Positions 27,150 to 41,729 of a stretch of DNA of 64,000 nucleotides are shown here, piece after piece; positions within the stretch are counted from its first letter, which is position 1; every line of letters begins with the position of its first letter. Under the pieces are notes generated by a model. It saw nothing but the letters and a program-made list of their open reading frames with translations, made no database searches and was not told where the DNA came from. Source of the stretch: Neocallimastix sp. 'constans' (lineage: Eukaryota); NCBI GenBank assembly GCA_050613775.1, contig JBODTK010000107.1, positions 372,001 through 436,000 of the forward strand. The letters run 5' to 3'. The translations under genes were made by a program, and so were the position numbers.

Positions 27150-27829
27150 TTCTGTTTTATTTTGTTCTTGTCTTTTCTTTTTATAAATATTTATATTATC
27201 TATTTTTTTTTATATATATTTATAATAATATTATATATATACTATATTAAATAATTTTTCTTTTTATTTATAAATATTGAGTAATAATTTTAATTTTTAC
27301 TTTTATTTCTATTTTTATTTTAAGTTTTATTAATAAAAAAAAAAAAAAAAGATAGATTAATATTTCTTTTTCGCTTCTTCTAATAGTTTTTAAATTTTAC
27401 TTTATTTTTTATTAATTCAGCAAAAAATTAATTTTTTTTCAAAAAGAAAAAAATATTGAAAATTATATGGGATTATTTATATTTAAGAAATTTCGATATT
27501 ATTAAATAATCAACTATAATAATTAACAAATTTAATTATAATAACTAGTTTATTATTAAAATAAATATAGTCATACAATATTAAAATATAATATAAAATT
27601 TAATATATATATATATAATATAATGTTGGTAATATTATTTATTAATATGATTGGTTAACATTTAATTCAATATTAATAAAAAAATTTTTAGAAATATAGA
27701 AAAAAAAGTATTATAAATTTTTTATTATTATCGATTTTATATTATTAAACTTTAATTTTTTATTGCAAATAGAAATTACTATATATTTTTATATATAATA
27801 TTAACAATAATTTAATTTTAAACTCGAAA

Positions 27830-28658
27830 ATGCCTCAAAAGGTATCAACTTCAGGAAAAAAAAAAGGTGCTCAAAAGCATCAAAATACTGTTGCTTACAA
27901 ACATAATCCAGGTTCTAAAACAACAAAAAGAATTCTTGCTTTACCAAATACACATTTATGTCCAAAATGTCATGAAATAGTAGAATGGCGAAAACGTTTT
28001 AGAAAATATAAGCCAATTTCTGCACCAAAGAAATGGTAACATATTTTTTAACCTTCATATATGTATAAATAAATAATGTATAATATTAATGAAAATATCA
28101 TAAATATGATTATTAAATAGTGTTTGGTGTTCTCAAAAAGCAGTTAGAGAAGCTTATCATGTAATTTGTAAAAAATGCTCTGAAGAAAAGAATGTTTGTG
28201 CAAAATGTCTTCAACCAGTTGATGAAAAAATAAAGTAAGCATATATTTATTTTTCTTTTTAAAAATATAAAGAGAATAAGCATAAAGAAAATAAAAAATA
28301 AATAAATAAATAAATAATATTTAATTACGAAATTAATAATGTAATAAAAATTTTTTTTATATTTTTAAAATTAATTTCAATATTATATGTTATTAATTAA
28401 TTACTATATTAAAAAAATATTAAAAGTGATACTAAATCACCGGAAGAAATAAGAAAAGAAGAACAAGAATTTGAAAATAAACTTAATAGATTAAAGGAAA
28501 GAGAACGTAGAACTGTATTAAGAAAAATTGAAAAGGGCGAATTAGATAAAGAAAATATACCAGAACCAAAAAATTCAAAATTCGATGATTTCGATGATTT
28601 CGATGATTTTGATGATTTTGATGAGGGCGAAGACGATGAAGAAAATGATGAAAATTAA
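27830..28658 (+). CDS. C9orf85/DUF2039-like Cys-rich protein, 3 exons (27830-28035, 28122-28234, about 28427-28658)
   Basis: QKHQNTVAYKHN..LCPKCHEIVEWRKRFRKYKP..KKC.WCSQKAVREAYHVICKKCSEEKNVCAKC..LKERERRTVLR; acidic (FDD)n tail. Confidence 0.85.
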
Positions 28659-29010
28659 ATTCTTTAAGCTAAAATATCAAAATATATTGCAATTATTTCG
28701 AATAAAATAATATATATAATTAAATAATATATTTATATAATTAACAAAAAATATTTTAATCAATATCAAACTTAAATAATAATTACTCTAAATTATTTGA
28801 ATATATTATTTAAATTAATTCCATTTTTTTTATTTAGTATTTATTTCGTTTTTATCCATATATTTAATTATTGCTTTATATAATACATATATAATTTTAC
28901 GTTGCTTTATTATATTCCCTTAATAATATTTATAAATAAAAAATTTTTTTATAATTTAATAAATTTAATATCAAAATTAAAATATAATATTGTTTTAAAT
29001 TATTATTTAC

Positions 29011-29058
<48 letters not shown>

Positions 29059-29572
29059 TTATTATTTATTTTGTTTCTCAATTGTTTTTCTCTTCAATTC
29101 CTAATTTTACAAAATATAGATTTTTGCTTAAATTTTATAAAAAAATAATACTAAAAAATTATAAATAAATTTATTAACTACTATTTATTTATAATTATTA
29201 TTATTTATTGTTGTTTATTAGTAATTTTTTTATATAATATATTTCACTAACATCATATATTTTAGTGAAACATAAAAATTATATTATCAATTTTTTAATT
29301 TTTATATATAATAATAATAATATATTCTAAGATTATATAATTCTATTTATTATAAATTTGATATTTACTAAATATTTTATTATGAATAGAAGTTTATATA
29401 TATATGTTTTATTACTTTACACAATTTTTTTAATCTATTGTATTTTTTGAAGTTAACCCATAAAAATAAAACGAAAACAAAGTAATCAAAATAGAAATAT
29501 TAATTTACTTCAAATACTATATTTCATTAGAAGGCTAAATTTCATAAGAAAACAAAAAAACAACAACAACAA

Positions 29573-29622
<50 letters not shown>

Positions 29623-30142
29623 TATAAGAGAATATCAATTATTGCATTATAAAATGATACAATACAATATTTTAAATACAGTCATTCGTCATTCATATTA
29701 AAATATATTTTCATTTTTTCATTAGTGTATTAGTAAATTTTTTAAACTATTCTTTTTAATTATCATATTTTTATTTTTATTTTTATTATTATTATTATTA
29801 TTATTATAATTATTATTTTTTTTTTTTTTTATTTTTTTATTTTTTTTTTTAATTTTTATTTGCATTTTTTTATTTTTATTTTTATTATTTTTAATTTTTT
29901 TTTTATTATTATTATTTTTATTTTTATTTTTATTATTTTTAATTTTTTTTTTTATTATTATTATTTTTATTTTTATTTTTATTATTTTTGTTTTTGTTTT
30001 TATTATTTTGTTTTTATTTTTTAATTATTTTATTTTATTCTTTTCAATAGAATTATTTTTTTTAAAAAAAAAAATAAATTATTATATGATTTTTAATGAA
30101 TTACAAAAATGTGATTTTCGAATATATAAGTAAATAAATAAT

Positions 30143-31227
30143 TTAAAGTATATCAATTTCTTCCATTTCCTTCTTTATTTTTAATAATATTTTTGTCTTC
30201 CATGGATCAAGTCTAGTTAAAGAATCATATTCACTAACACATTTAACGAATTCATCGACATTCTTTTCCTCGGTAAAATTTAATAAGTTTTCTAAGAACT
30301 TATATTCACGAGTATCCCTAAAAGTACCATCAATTTCTTCAAAAGTTTCCAAGAAATTCATAAATCCAGTTTCATGTTGCTTATTTGCTAAATGACAAAG
30401 ACCAGCCTTAAGTAAATATTCTTTTACTGACCACTTAGCTAATTCGTTATCAATACTATTTGTAGCAACTTTTTCGAAAATATTGTATGCTTTTTCATAT
30501 TGTTCTAATTCACCAGAAAGGTGAGCAACCTTAAGTGAACATTGATTTGAAAGAACCGGTAAATTTTCTGTTGAATACCAATCTGCCGCTGTTTCATAGG
30601 CTTCTAATGCCTTTTCTACATCCATTAAATCTGTTTCATAAATTTCAGCAATTGTTTTTTGATGATTTGCAGCTTGATTTAATTTACCCTTTTCAATTAA
30701 AAATTGAATTGCTTGTTTTAAAGAGTTAACAGCTTCCAAAGGACTTGACTTTTTATAACATTTTGAAGCATTAATATAAGAGGTAGAAGCTTCGTCATTT
30801 TCTTGTATTAAAATTAAACATCCAGCTGCTTGATAATAAGCATCACCAGCTTCCTTCCACTTTTTTATGCATTTGAAATAATTTCCTGCATTTTGATATT
30901 GTTCTGCTGCTTCATCCAATTTATTTCTATATAGATTTTTTAATTATTACATCAACAAAAATATAAAAACAATATACAAAAAATACATATATTGTAAAAA
31001 AAAATAAATTATATATATTCATGTATATTAAATTAAATATCTACTACATTATTATTTACTTAATATTAAAAATAAATTATTTCTCATACTTAAGAAAAAA
31101 AAAAAAAAATCGAAAATTATATTATATTTAATTAATACCTTCCAAACCAACCCTTATAATTCTTTTTCTTTTCTGCATCTTTTAAACATGCGTAAGCTTT
31201 TTCTTCAGTTTGTTCCTTTGAATCCAT
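30143..31227 (-). CDS. SEC17: Alpha-SNAP (soluble NSF attachment protein); exons 31227-31139 and 30926-30143
   Basis: AEKK..GWFG|RNKLDEAAEQYQNAGNYFK..AANHQKTIAEIYE..KWSVKEYLLKAGLCHL..F.DTREYKFL..EYDSLTRLDPWKTKILLKIK. Confidence 0.95.
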
Positions 31228-33025
31228 AATTACTATGATTATATTTTAATAAATTTATAATTAAAAGTAAAATTAAAATAATTATGTTAAAATAAAAGTC
31301 TATAAATAAAATAAATAGTTATTGGCATTATAAAATTACTATTTATTATTTATGTCCTAATTTTTAAATTTCATTTTAAAGAATTTTAATATAAAATTTT
31401 AAATAATTTACGATTATATTTAAAAATAAATTTTTAACAAATTCTTTTTCAAATAATGTTAATATTTATAATTAAGATCATTTCAACTTATAATACTTAA
31501 AGGTAAAAATTTTAAATTAAATTTATTTATATATAGTAACTATCATTTACTTTTATTTACCTATTTGAAATATATTATTATAAAAAAGATTTTATATAAA
31601 AAAATATAAATAAAATAAAAATAAAAAATTAAGATTAAATATTAACTAAAAATATAATTATGTTTGTAATGAATTGAATTTATATTAATTATTCAATTAT
31701 ATTTTTATATAATATTATTATGTTATTACACGTGCTTTTATAAAATATCAGATGATATAGTAAAGAATTAATTATTAAACACCTTTAATAAATATATTTC
31801 TAATAAAAAAATAATTTTATTCATTTTTAAAAACATTTTTTAATTTTTTTTTAATAATAAAAAATATTAATAATTTTAAATAATATACAAATTAATAAAA
31901 AAAAATGTACCTAAAAATATAATATTAATGTACTTAAAAATATTTATAAGAATTAATTTTATTTATTTATTTCTTTATTATATTTTATAAGAAATCAAAA
32001 ATATTATTGACTATCAAGCCACAATAAATTAGTTAAAAAACAATATTATATAATATTATATAATAATCTTAAATCATAAATTTTTTTATTAATATTTTAT
32101 CAATATATATTAATATATATTAGTATATATATTATTTAATTTAATATATATATTATATTTATACTGATTTTATTTTTTCTTTTTTTTTAAATTATTATTT
32201 GAGCATTTAGCCATTAATTTCAATCATTAATTTTTCTATTTAAATAAATAAATCTTGTTAAATGTATAGAAAATATTTTTTCGAATATACTATAAAAATA
32301 ATAAATAAAATTAATGAAATAAATTAGTTCTATAAAATAAAATAAAAATTATATATATATTATATTATATTAATTATATAAAAATTAATATAATTTAATG
32401 AATTATAATATTTTCCATAAATAAGTATATTAATTATATCTAAATGAAAATAAATATAAAACTTTTATAATTTTTTTTTTTTTTTTTTTTTTTTTTAAAC
32501 AATCTTAAACATATTTTTTTTATAAAGTTATAATATTTAATTCAAATTTACTTTTACTTTATATTGAATGGAAACTCTATATTGAATGGAAAGATAAATA
32601 AAATTAAAAAAATATATATATATATAATAAATTAAACTAATTAAACAAATTATTTAGACAAAAAATATATAGATATAACAATAAATAAAAAATATGCTTT
32701 GACAAAAAAAAAATTTTTTTTTTTAAAATAATTAATTTTAATAGAAATTTCAAAAATAAATTAATATTAAAGTTTTATTCAAAATAAAATAAATGATTTC
32801 AAAACAAAATATTTAATAAAATTTTTAAAGTATTTGATTTCATATATTTTTTATTTTATTGTTAAAAAATAATAACAATATAAAAGTAATAAATAGAAAA
32901 TATATAAACTTTAACAAATTTGTTTATTAATTTATAAAATCCATTTCTCCATTTGTTTTAAATAATAAGAAATTTTAATTTATAAAGTTTTTTTTTTTTT
33001 TTTTAATTAATATAATAAATAAATA

Positions 33026-34574
33026 ATGGATCCAAAAGAAAAATTAAAAAGCTCCAATGGTATAGAATTAAATATGTATAGAAATGAAAATTATAATGTT
33101 CAAGATGAAGATTTTATAAGCATAGAACCAGATGATAATAATTCCACAACTGAATTAAATTATAATTTATTAGATAATAATGATTCTGAAAGTGAAGAAT
33201 TTAATTTTTCCTATGAAGGTATATTGAAATCTCCTTTTAAACTACCAAAAAGACGAAATAAACATAAGAAAAGAAGAAATAAATACATAGATACTCAAAG
33301 TGAATATGATGATTTGAATGAATTATTAATTGATGATGATGATGAAACATACAATAATTATTCAAGAGTTCCTACATATCAAGAAAGTGATGATGAAACA
33401 CTTGATAATGATGCTCCTGATAATCTGTCAAATAGTGATTTATATTTATTGAATCAAGAAGAAATTCCATATTTAAATTTATGGAGTAGTTTTAGTAATA
33501 TATTCATAAAATCAGTTTTAAGATCAACTAAAAGATATAATACATATGAAAAAGAAATTAGAAGAAACTTTTTAATTAGTTTATTAGCTGTCATAGCAAC
33601 TTCAACTGTATATCTAATTATAGCATTATATGCATGGCTTATGGATGGATATTCTCAAAAAAATATTCATGATATTGATGGTAACACTGAAAGAGCTATT
33701 ATTTTCGCATCAGTATTTTTAATATTTACAGCGTCACTGGGATTAATTGGTATACGTTATAAATTTAAGCCAATGATTATATTATACATTTTAATGAATA
33801 TTTTATCATTTAGTTTCCAATACTTTTCAATTAAACAAATCCATAATATTGTAGTAAATGTAGAAAGGAATATGGCATTTGCATGGTGGGATACTTATAC
33901 CATTGACATTAAAAAAAATATTCAAAGTCAGGTAAATACCAAAATTTTATTAAAGTTTGTGTTTTAAAGTAAAAAAAAAAAATATTAATATTAATATTGT
34001 TATTTTTATTTATATAACAAAATAAAAATGAAAATAGTTTAATTGTTGTGGCTATTTAGATTATATGGATAATGCTATTTCAATGGATATTTGTCCAGAA
34101 AAAATAGTACATAAAAAAGTTAAATTTGAAACTATTGGTCCAATCCCAGTTAGAGTTAAAAAGAATAGATTTAATAAAACATTTACCATACCAGATGTAG
34201 GAGATATGAATCAATATTTTACCAAGGAAGAAATGAAACATTTTCAAGTTAAACTAAAAGAATCAAAGCAAAAATCTAATAAAAATAATAATGAACATGG
34301 TAAAGCAATGAAAGATATAGGTATTGATTTAGATTTAGATTTAATAGAAGAAAAAAATAAAAATAATGCTGAAGATTTAAATAGAAGAAATATTGATGCT
34401 AATACTATACCGGGAGGATGCTATAAAGAAATAAACCGTAAAGTTGTAGGTTCATTATCCCTATTATGTATATTTTGTTGGATATTATCTATATCATCCC
34501 CATTTGCATTAGTATTTTCATTATTATATTGTAAAAATTTAGATATGAAGAAAAAATCTTGTGAATATTTTTAA
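33026..34574 (+). CDS. Tetraspanin-family protein with long acidic N-terminus and enlarged EC2; intron 33932-34037
   Basis: Three N-proximal TM helices, then IQSQ|FNCCG (CCG motif), a GCY motif before a fourth TM helix, and a short C-terminal tail. Confidence 0.8.
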
Positions 34575-34823
34575 ATTTTCATTTTTATTCAATACTGATA
34601 GAGTTTATTAAAAGTAAAGATTTAAGAACATTATTTATTTTAATTGATAATAAAATTAGAAAATAAAAATAAAATATAGTAAAAGAAAAAATTAATGACA
34701 ATTATAAAAAAAATAAAAATAAAGTAAAAATAAAATAAAGATAAAATAAAAATAACAAAATAAATTAAAAATAATATAAAAAATAAAAATAAATAAATAA
34801 TATAATAATAAAATAACATAATA

Positions 34824-34859
<36 letters not shown>

Positions 34860-35199
34860 TAATAATAAATCAATATAAAACAAAACATAAAATAAATAAA
34901 ATTAATATATATTTATATAAATAAAAAAAATAAAAATAAAAAAAAAGAAAAAGAAAAAAAAAAAAAAATTATAAAAATTAATTATTATATATATTAAATT
35001 TAATTTTTAAACAAATATAATAGAACAATAATAAATATCATATGGATTATTAACTTTTATTTATTAGTAATAATTATCAAGTCATATACTTATTAGTCTT
35101 ATTAGTAATACAATATAGATTATAATAAAAAATAAAAAATAAAAATAAAGGAATAAAGAAATAAGATAAAAAAAAATTGAAAAAAAAAAAAAAAAAAAA

Positions 35200-35276
<77 letters not shown>

Positions 35277-35553
35277 GAAAAAAAAAATTAAAATATATAT
35301 GTATATATTGAACTTATATTTTCAATATTATTTATTTATTTAGTTTTTTTTTTTTTTTATAGAAATATACATTTCTCAATAACAATAATTTAATAATTCA
35401 AAAAAAAAAAAAAATAATTATAAATTTTTGAAATATTAATATATTACAATAGATTAAAAATAGATATATTTAAATTAATAATAATCCTAAATTTTAGTTT
35501 TTTATTTATTTATTGATTGATTGATTTATTGATTTATTGATTTGCTTATTTAT

Positions 35554-36739
35554 TTATTTTTTTTTTATTTTATTTTTATGAATATCACGTTTTAGATATT
35601 GTAATAAATTATTTTTATAGCTTATGCTTTTATAAGTGAAATATCTCTTTTTGAAAGAATATAAATTGGTATATGAATAATATTCTTTTAATAATTCTAT
35701 ATATTGGCGATTATAATTTCTTGAAAAATCAATATAGTTGGAATAATCAGATTTTTTATGTAGTTTATTAATATTTAACGTGGTTTGCTTAATAAGCTAA
35801 AATATATTTTTTTATTTTATTTTTATGATATTTTATTTTTATGATATTTTATTTTTATGTTATTTTTTATTTTTATTTTTATTTTTATTTTTATTTTTAT
35901 TTTTATTTTTATTTTTATTTTTATTTTTATTTTTATTTTTATTTTTATTTTTATTTTTATTTTTATTTTTATTTTTATTTTTATTTTTATTTTTATTTTT
36001 ATTTTTATTTTTATTTTTATTTTTATTTTTATTTTTATTTTTATTTTTATTTTTATTTTTATTTTTATTTTTATTGTTAAATAATAATAATAATTATTAA
36101 TTAGTAAATTGGATAAATAATAAATAATTAATTAATTAATTAATTTTATATACTTATTTATTGCTTATTACCTTTCTATTTGCACTTCTTAGATTTCTCA
36201 TTAACAATACTGGTTCTTTTTTCATGATACCATAGTTACAAAATTTATCTCTTACGCTGTCTTTCATAAAGTTAATTAATGATTCCCACTTATATTTTAA
36301 ATCCCAATATTTTTTTTCAAGTTCAACGAAGTTCTATAAATAAATTAAATATAATAATTGTAATATATATATACATATTATTAAAATTTCATTTTTTACA
36401 AATTTAATAAATGTATATATATATGATTATTAACAATACATTATGTTTATGAATTCTAGACAAACGTCTTGAATTTTTCATTTTAACATTTAAACCAGTT
36501 AATTTTGTTTCTTTATTTAAATGACTTTCTTCTTCAGATTCTTCTTTTTGATTTTTGGTTCCAATTATTCCTCTACAATTCTTACTTCCACAATTACATT
36601 TTTGTTGCTCACCGAAACTATGAAAATTATAATCATATAATAATTCTTCACCTGCTTCAATGTTTCTTAAGGCAAAAAGACCTACCCTAGTTTCATCATT
36701 TACTGTCCTATTAATCATTATAATCAATAAATAATAATC

Positions 36740-36818
<79 letters not shown>

Positions 36819-39800
36819 AATTAGTAATTTTATTTTAATTAATATTTTTAAATGAAAAAAAAAAAAAAAAATAAAGATTTTTTTTTTTACCATCTTTCCA
36901 TGCTACAATTAGGATTACAACTGTGATTTGCAAAACGTGCTATACTTCCTTTTTGATAGGCATCAATTACTTTACCACTTTCAAAATGAATAAAATAAAA
37001 TGATTTCAAATCTTTGTAAACGGTTTCTAAACGTTTATTACAAGCTTTCAATGACATTACTTCACCAGTATATTCTATAATTAATTCATCTTTTTTAATT
37101 GGTTTTATAGTCTTCAACCCGTAACCTTTAGAGCCAGACTTTTTTATTTAGTAATTTTACATTAATTTTTATATCATTTTAAATATTTATAGTTTAAAAA
37201 TTTTGTTAATTAATTGTAAATTAATAAATATATTAATAATTACTGATTATTAATCAAATATTATATGTATATATTTAAATAAATATTATTAATAATTTAC
37301 CCAAAAAACTTTTAATTGTTTAGATTTTTTATCATAACGCTGAAAACGCTGATTTGAACACTTTTCATTACATTTACAAAGTTGTGGATCACATTCTATA
37401 AATAAACTACGATTTATACAGCCAGAACCACAATTTTCACCTTCTTTACAATCACAGGGTATCGAAAGACTTTTTAATCTAATCTCACAGTCTAAATATA
37501 TATCTATATTCATAAATAAATATATAAAGATTATAATAAGATAAAAAAAAAAAATTATAATTTACTATATATGAATGTTATGATAATTATAATAATAATA
37601 CTATTATTATATTAATTAATATTTACTTTGATTTAATATTTTAAATTTTGATGGTAATTCATATGGAACTACTTCAACCATCTAACAAATGAATTAATAA
37701 ATAAAAAAAAAAAAAATTATAGCATTAAATATGATAATATTTTGAATACATAGGATTTTAAAGTCTAAAATTTATTAATCTAGTTATTATAATTTAATTT
37801 ATATTAAAATTTTATATTAATATATTACTTTTTTAAAATGAGGATCTTGTGAAAGTAAATAAATATCAATTGGGAGCTGAAAATCTTTAACACTATTAAT
37901 CAAAACTTCACCATGATGTTTAAGTTCAGGAAATTTAAAATTCTTGATTTCATCAAAAATTTTATTATTATGAGATTGGGATGAAGAAGATGAAGTTATT
38001 TTTCTTCTTTTAATACCAACTCGACTATCTTCTGAATATAAGCCATATTCTAAATATTCCTTTCTTGTTGATAAAGGTGTATCTAAACAAGTATAATAAT
38101 ATTTGTTTTTCTCTAATTTATGATATGGATAGTATTTTAGTGGATCTTTTAAAATATTTATAATATCCATATAAGATTTCAATCCATGAGTTTTACTTTT
38201 TGATATGAAATCATATAAACAATCTTCTATTATTTGATTATCATCAATTATATTTTTTATATTTTTTTTATCTCTCTCAAATACTTCATTAATATTGTCT
38301 GTCTCGGATATATTTCCATTTTTAATTTTATAATTATTATTATTATTATTTCTGTTTTTGTTTCCTTCATCTAATGCCAGTAATAATTCTATAAATATAT
38401 TTTTGATTTTATCTTTTGAGGTATTATTAATATGATTATTTAAAATTTTTGTTCTTTGTAGTATTTTTTTATCAATAGGATCTTTAACTATTTTCCTAAC
38501 TAGTGATTCACTCTTTACCATTGCCTTTTTAAATTCTTTTTTTTGGATTAGTTTAGATGAAAAAGATCTTAATTGATAACAATTTTCTGTTTTTACTTTT
38601 TTAAATGTTTTACTACTTTTACTAGGTTTCACATTAAATTTTTTAATGCCCTTTTTAATATTCCTTTTATTCATAATTTCCTTTCTTGTTTGGGAAGTTG
38701 TACCTTCAATAACTTTTTTATTTGAACTATATTTATGAATCAAGCGACTATTTTTTTTAAAGATCATTGATTCCTCTTTTTCATTTTTAATTTTTAAATT
38801 TTCAATCTTCTTTTGAATTCTCCTACTTCTCCTTAATGTTCGATTTTCACTTATATTATTCATTTCTTTTTCATCATTACATTTTGTTTGATTTTCACTT
38901 TTATTATTTACTTCTTTTTCATCATCACATTTCATTCTATTTTCACTTTTATTATTCATTTCTTTTTCATCATTACATTTTGTTTGATTTTCACTTTTAT
39001 TATTTACTTCTTTTTCATTATCACATTTCGTTCGATTTTCATTTTTACTATTCATTTCTTGTTCATCATTACATTTTGTTCGATTTTCACTTTTATTATT
39101 TTTTCCCCCTTCGTCATATTTTATTTGATCTTCACTTTTATTATTTACTTCTTTTTCATCATCACAATTCATTCTATTTTCATTTTTATTATTCATTTCT
39201 TCTTCTTCATCATATTTTGTTCGATTTTCACTTTTACTATTTATTTCTTTCTCATCGTCACATTTTATTTGATCTTCACTTTTATTATTTATTTCTTTCT
39301 CATCGTCACATTTTGTTTGATCTTCACCTTCATTATTCATTTTTTTTTCATTATCACATTTTATTTGATCTTCATGTTTATTATTTATTTCTTTTTCGTT
39401 ATCATATTTTTTTTGATCTTCACTTTTATTATTTATTTCTTTTTCGTTATCATATTTTATTTGATCTTCACTTTTATTATTTATTTCTTTTTCATTATCA
39501 TATTTTATTTGATCTTCACTTTTATTATTTACTTCTTTTTCATCATCACATTTCATTCTATTTTCACTTTTATTATTCATTTCTTTTTCATCATTACATT
39601 TTGTTTGATTTTCACTTTTATTATTTACTTCTTTTTCATTATCACATTTCGTTCGATTTTCATTTTTACTATTCATTTCTTGTTCATCATTACATTTTGT
39701 TCGATTTTCACTTTTATTATTTTTTCCCCCTTCGTCATATTTTATTTGATCTTCACTTTTATTATTTACTTCTTTTTCATCATCACAATTCATTCTATTT

Positions 39801-41572
39801 TCATTTTTATTATTCATTTCTTCTTCTTCATCATATTTTGTTCGATTTTCACTTTTACTATTTATTTCTTTCTCATCGTCACATTTTATTTGATCTTCAC
39901 TTTTATTATTTATTTCTTTCTCATCGTCACATTTTGTTTGATCTTCACCTTCATTATTCATTTTTTTTTCATTATCACATTTTATTTGATCTTCATGTTT
40001 ATTATTTATTTCTTTTTCGTTATCATATTTTTTTCGATCTTCACTTTTTTTATTTATTCCTTTCCCATTGTCACATTTTATTCGATCTTCACCTTCATTA
40101 TTCACTTCTTTTTCACCATCACATTTTATTCGATCTTCACCTTCATTATTTATTTCTTTTTCACTATTACATTTTATTCGTTTTTCAATTTTATTATACA
40201 TTTCTTTTTCACAATTACATTTATCATTATTTTTTTTATCATTCATTACTATCTGTGATAAATCATCATTATCTTCTAGGTTTATTACTAAATAATTCTT
40301 TCTTTTCTTACCTTTTTTAGATATTTTATTATTCCTTTCATCATTTTTATCATCTATAATATTTATATCTGGTATATTATTATTTTCTTTATTTTTTCTA
40401 TCAATAGCCTTAATATTAGTATCTCCTTTTAATAATTTGTTTTTTATTGAAGTTAAATTTTTTCTTTTTATCTCTTTTTTAGATTTATGATTTTTTTTAT
40501 CATTATCTATTATAAAGACATCTGGTATATTAATATTTTTTTCATTTTTTTCATTAACAACTTGAATTTCATTATGGTTTTTTAATAAGCGATTTTTTCT
40601 CTTTCTACTTTTTTTGGATTTTTGAATTTCTTTTTTATCATTTATATTTTCATCAATAGTTAAATCTAATATTTCAATATCATTTTTTTCACTTTCATCA
40701 TAAGTTTTAATACCATCATTTTCTTTCACCAGTTTAGAAGTATTTTTTTTTATTCTACCTCTTCTTGATTTCCTATTTTTATTTTCGTCGCTTTCCTCTT
40801 TTTCCAAATCATTTTTTAATATAATTCTTTTATAATTTTCTTTAGTTTTATCAACGAATATTTCAATTGTTATATTTGGCAGACTTCTATATATTTGATT
40901 TTTTTCATTTACGGTATCATTATTTATCAAATTAGACATTGATAATGGATTTAATTGATTATCATTTAAAGTATTTTTTGTATTTTTATATTCTATAGTA
41001 TTATCTTCGTTTACGTTATTGCATTTAGTTTTATCATTAACATAATTCAAAATATCTTTTCCTAAAAATGGTTTTGTTCTTATTAATTTTTTATTTAAAT
41101 TTTCATTCTCTTGAACAATCTTAAAACACTTTTTATCATTTAATTTTAATAGTTTTGAATTTGAAATTCTATTATCTTTGGTCTCAATTTTTACTTTCAT
41201 TTTTTTTAATTCTTCATTTATTGTATCTTTCCATTTATTTGAAATTACTAATTTTTTATTCAATATATCATTATTATTTTCATGTTTATTTAAATTATTA
41301 TTATCTAAAATTGAAGGATTTTCCTCAAATTTTCCTAAATTTATAACATCTATATTATTTATTACATTATTATCAGTTTTATTGTTGATATCAATTTTCT
41401 CCATTTTATCAATATGATGGTATCTCTTAATAGAATTATTGATATATAGGTTATTACTTTTATCTTTTGTCATTTTATTTGTATTTTCGTTTTCATTTAT
41501 ATTCTCTTTGTCAGTACCTGTTTCTAAATATGAAATATTTGAAGATTTTAGAGTATTTTCTAATTTACTCAT
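35554..41572 (-). CDS. ASH1: ASH1-like histone H3K36 methyltransferase (AWS-SET-postSET), about 7 exons
   Basis: AWS CDCKEGENCGSGCINRSLFIEC..CSNQRFQ; SET KGYGL..LIIEYTGEV..IDAYQKGSIARFANHSCNPNC..W|TVNDETRVGLFA..GEELLYDYNF; postSET CNCGSKNCRGIIG. Upstream YLEYGLYS and FQLPIDIY motifs resemble fungal Ash1 rather than Set2; no WW/SRI domain seen. Confidence 0.8.
35868..36073. repeat. (TTTTTA)n microsatellite in the last intron of the SET gene
   Basis: About 200 bp of nearly perfect TTTTTA units. Confidence 0.95.
38836..40220 (-). repeat. Coding minisatellite: 48-nt (16-aa) units with a 621-nt higher-order duplication
   Basis: Unit of the type KCDDEKEINNKSEDQI. The marker variant YDEGGK (CCCCCTTCGTC) recurs at 39105 and 39726, a 621-nt offset equal to 13 units, one of which is 15 aa. 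Confidence 0.92.
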
Positions 41573-41640
41573 TATTAATAAATATAATAAAATTAAAATA
41601 TATATATATTAAATGAAATTCAAATAAATGTACCCTTAAA

Positions 41641-41680
<40 letters not shown>

Positions 41681-41729
41681 CTTAATTATTAATGTATTAA
41701 GCACTAAAGATATATAAATTTTTATATAT

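Noticed and set aside
31729..31734. CACGTG E-box between SEC17 and the tetraspanin gene
   Set aside because: A single hexamer with no supporting evidence.
35825..36100. Poly-FL/FY/FI ORFs
   Set aside because: They are translations of the (TTTTTA)n microsatellite.
38836..40220. CRISPR-like periodic array
   Set aside because: No constant repeat with unique spacers; the array is in-frame coding sequence in a eukaryotic gene and there are no cas genes.
38836..40320. Long + strand ORFs (494 aa and 456 aa, F/I/H/Y-rich)
   Set aside because: They are antisense shadows of the 48-nt coding repeat in the ASH1-like gene.
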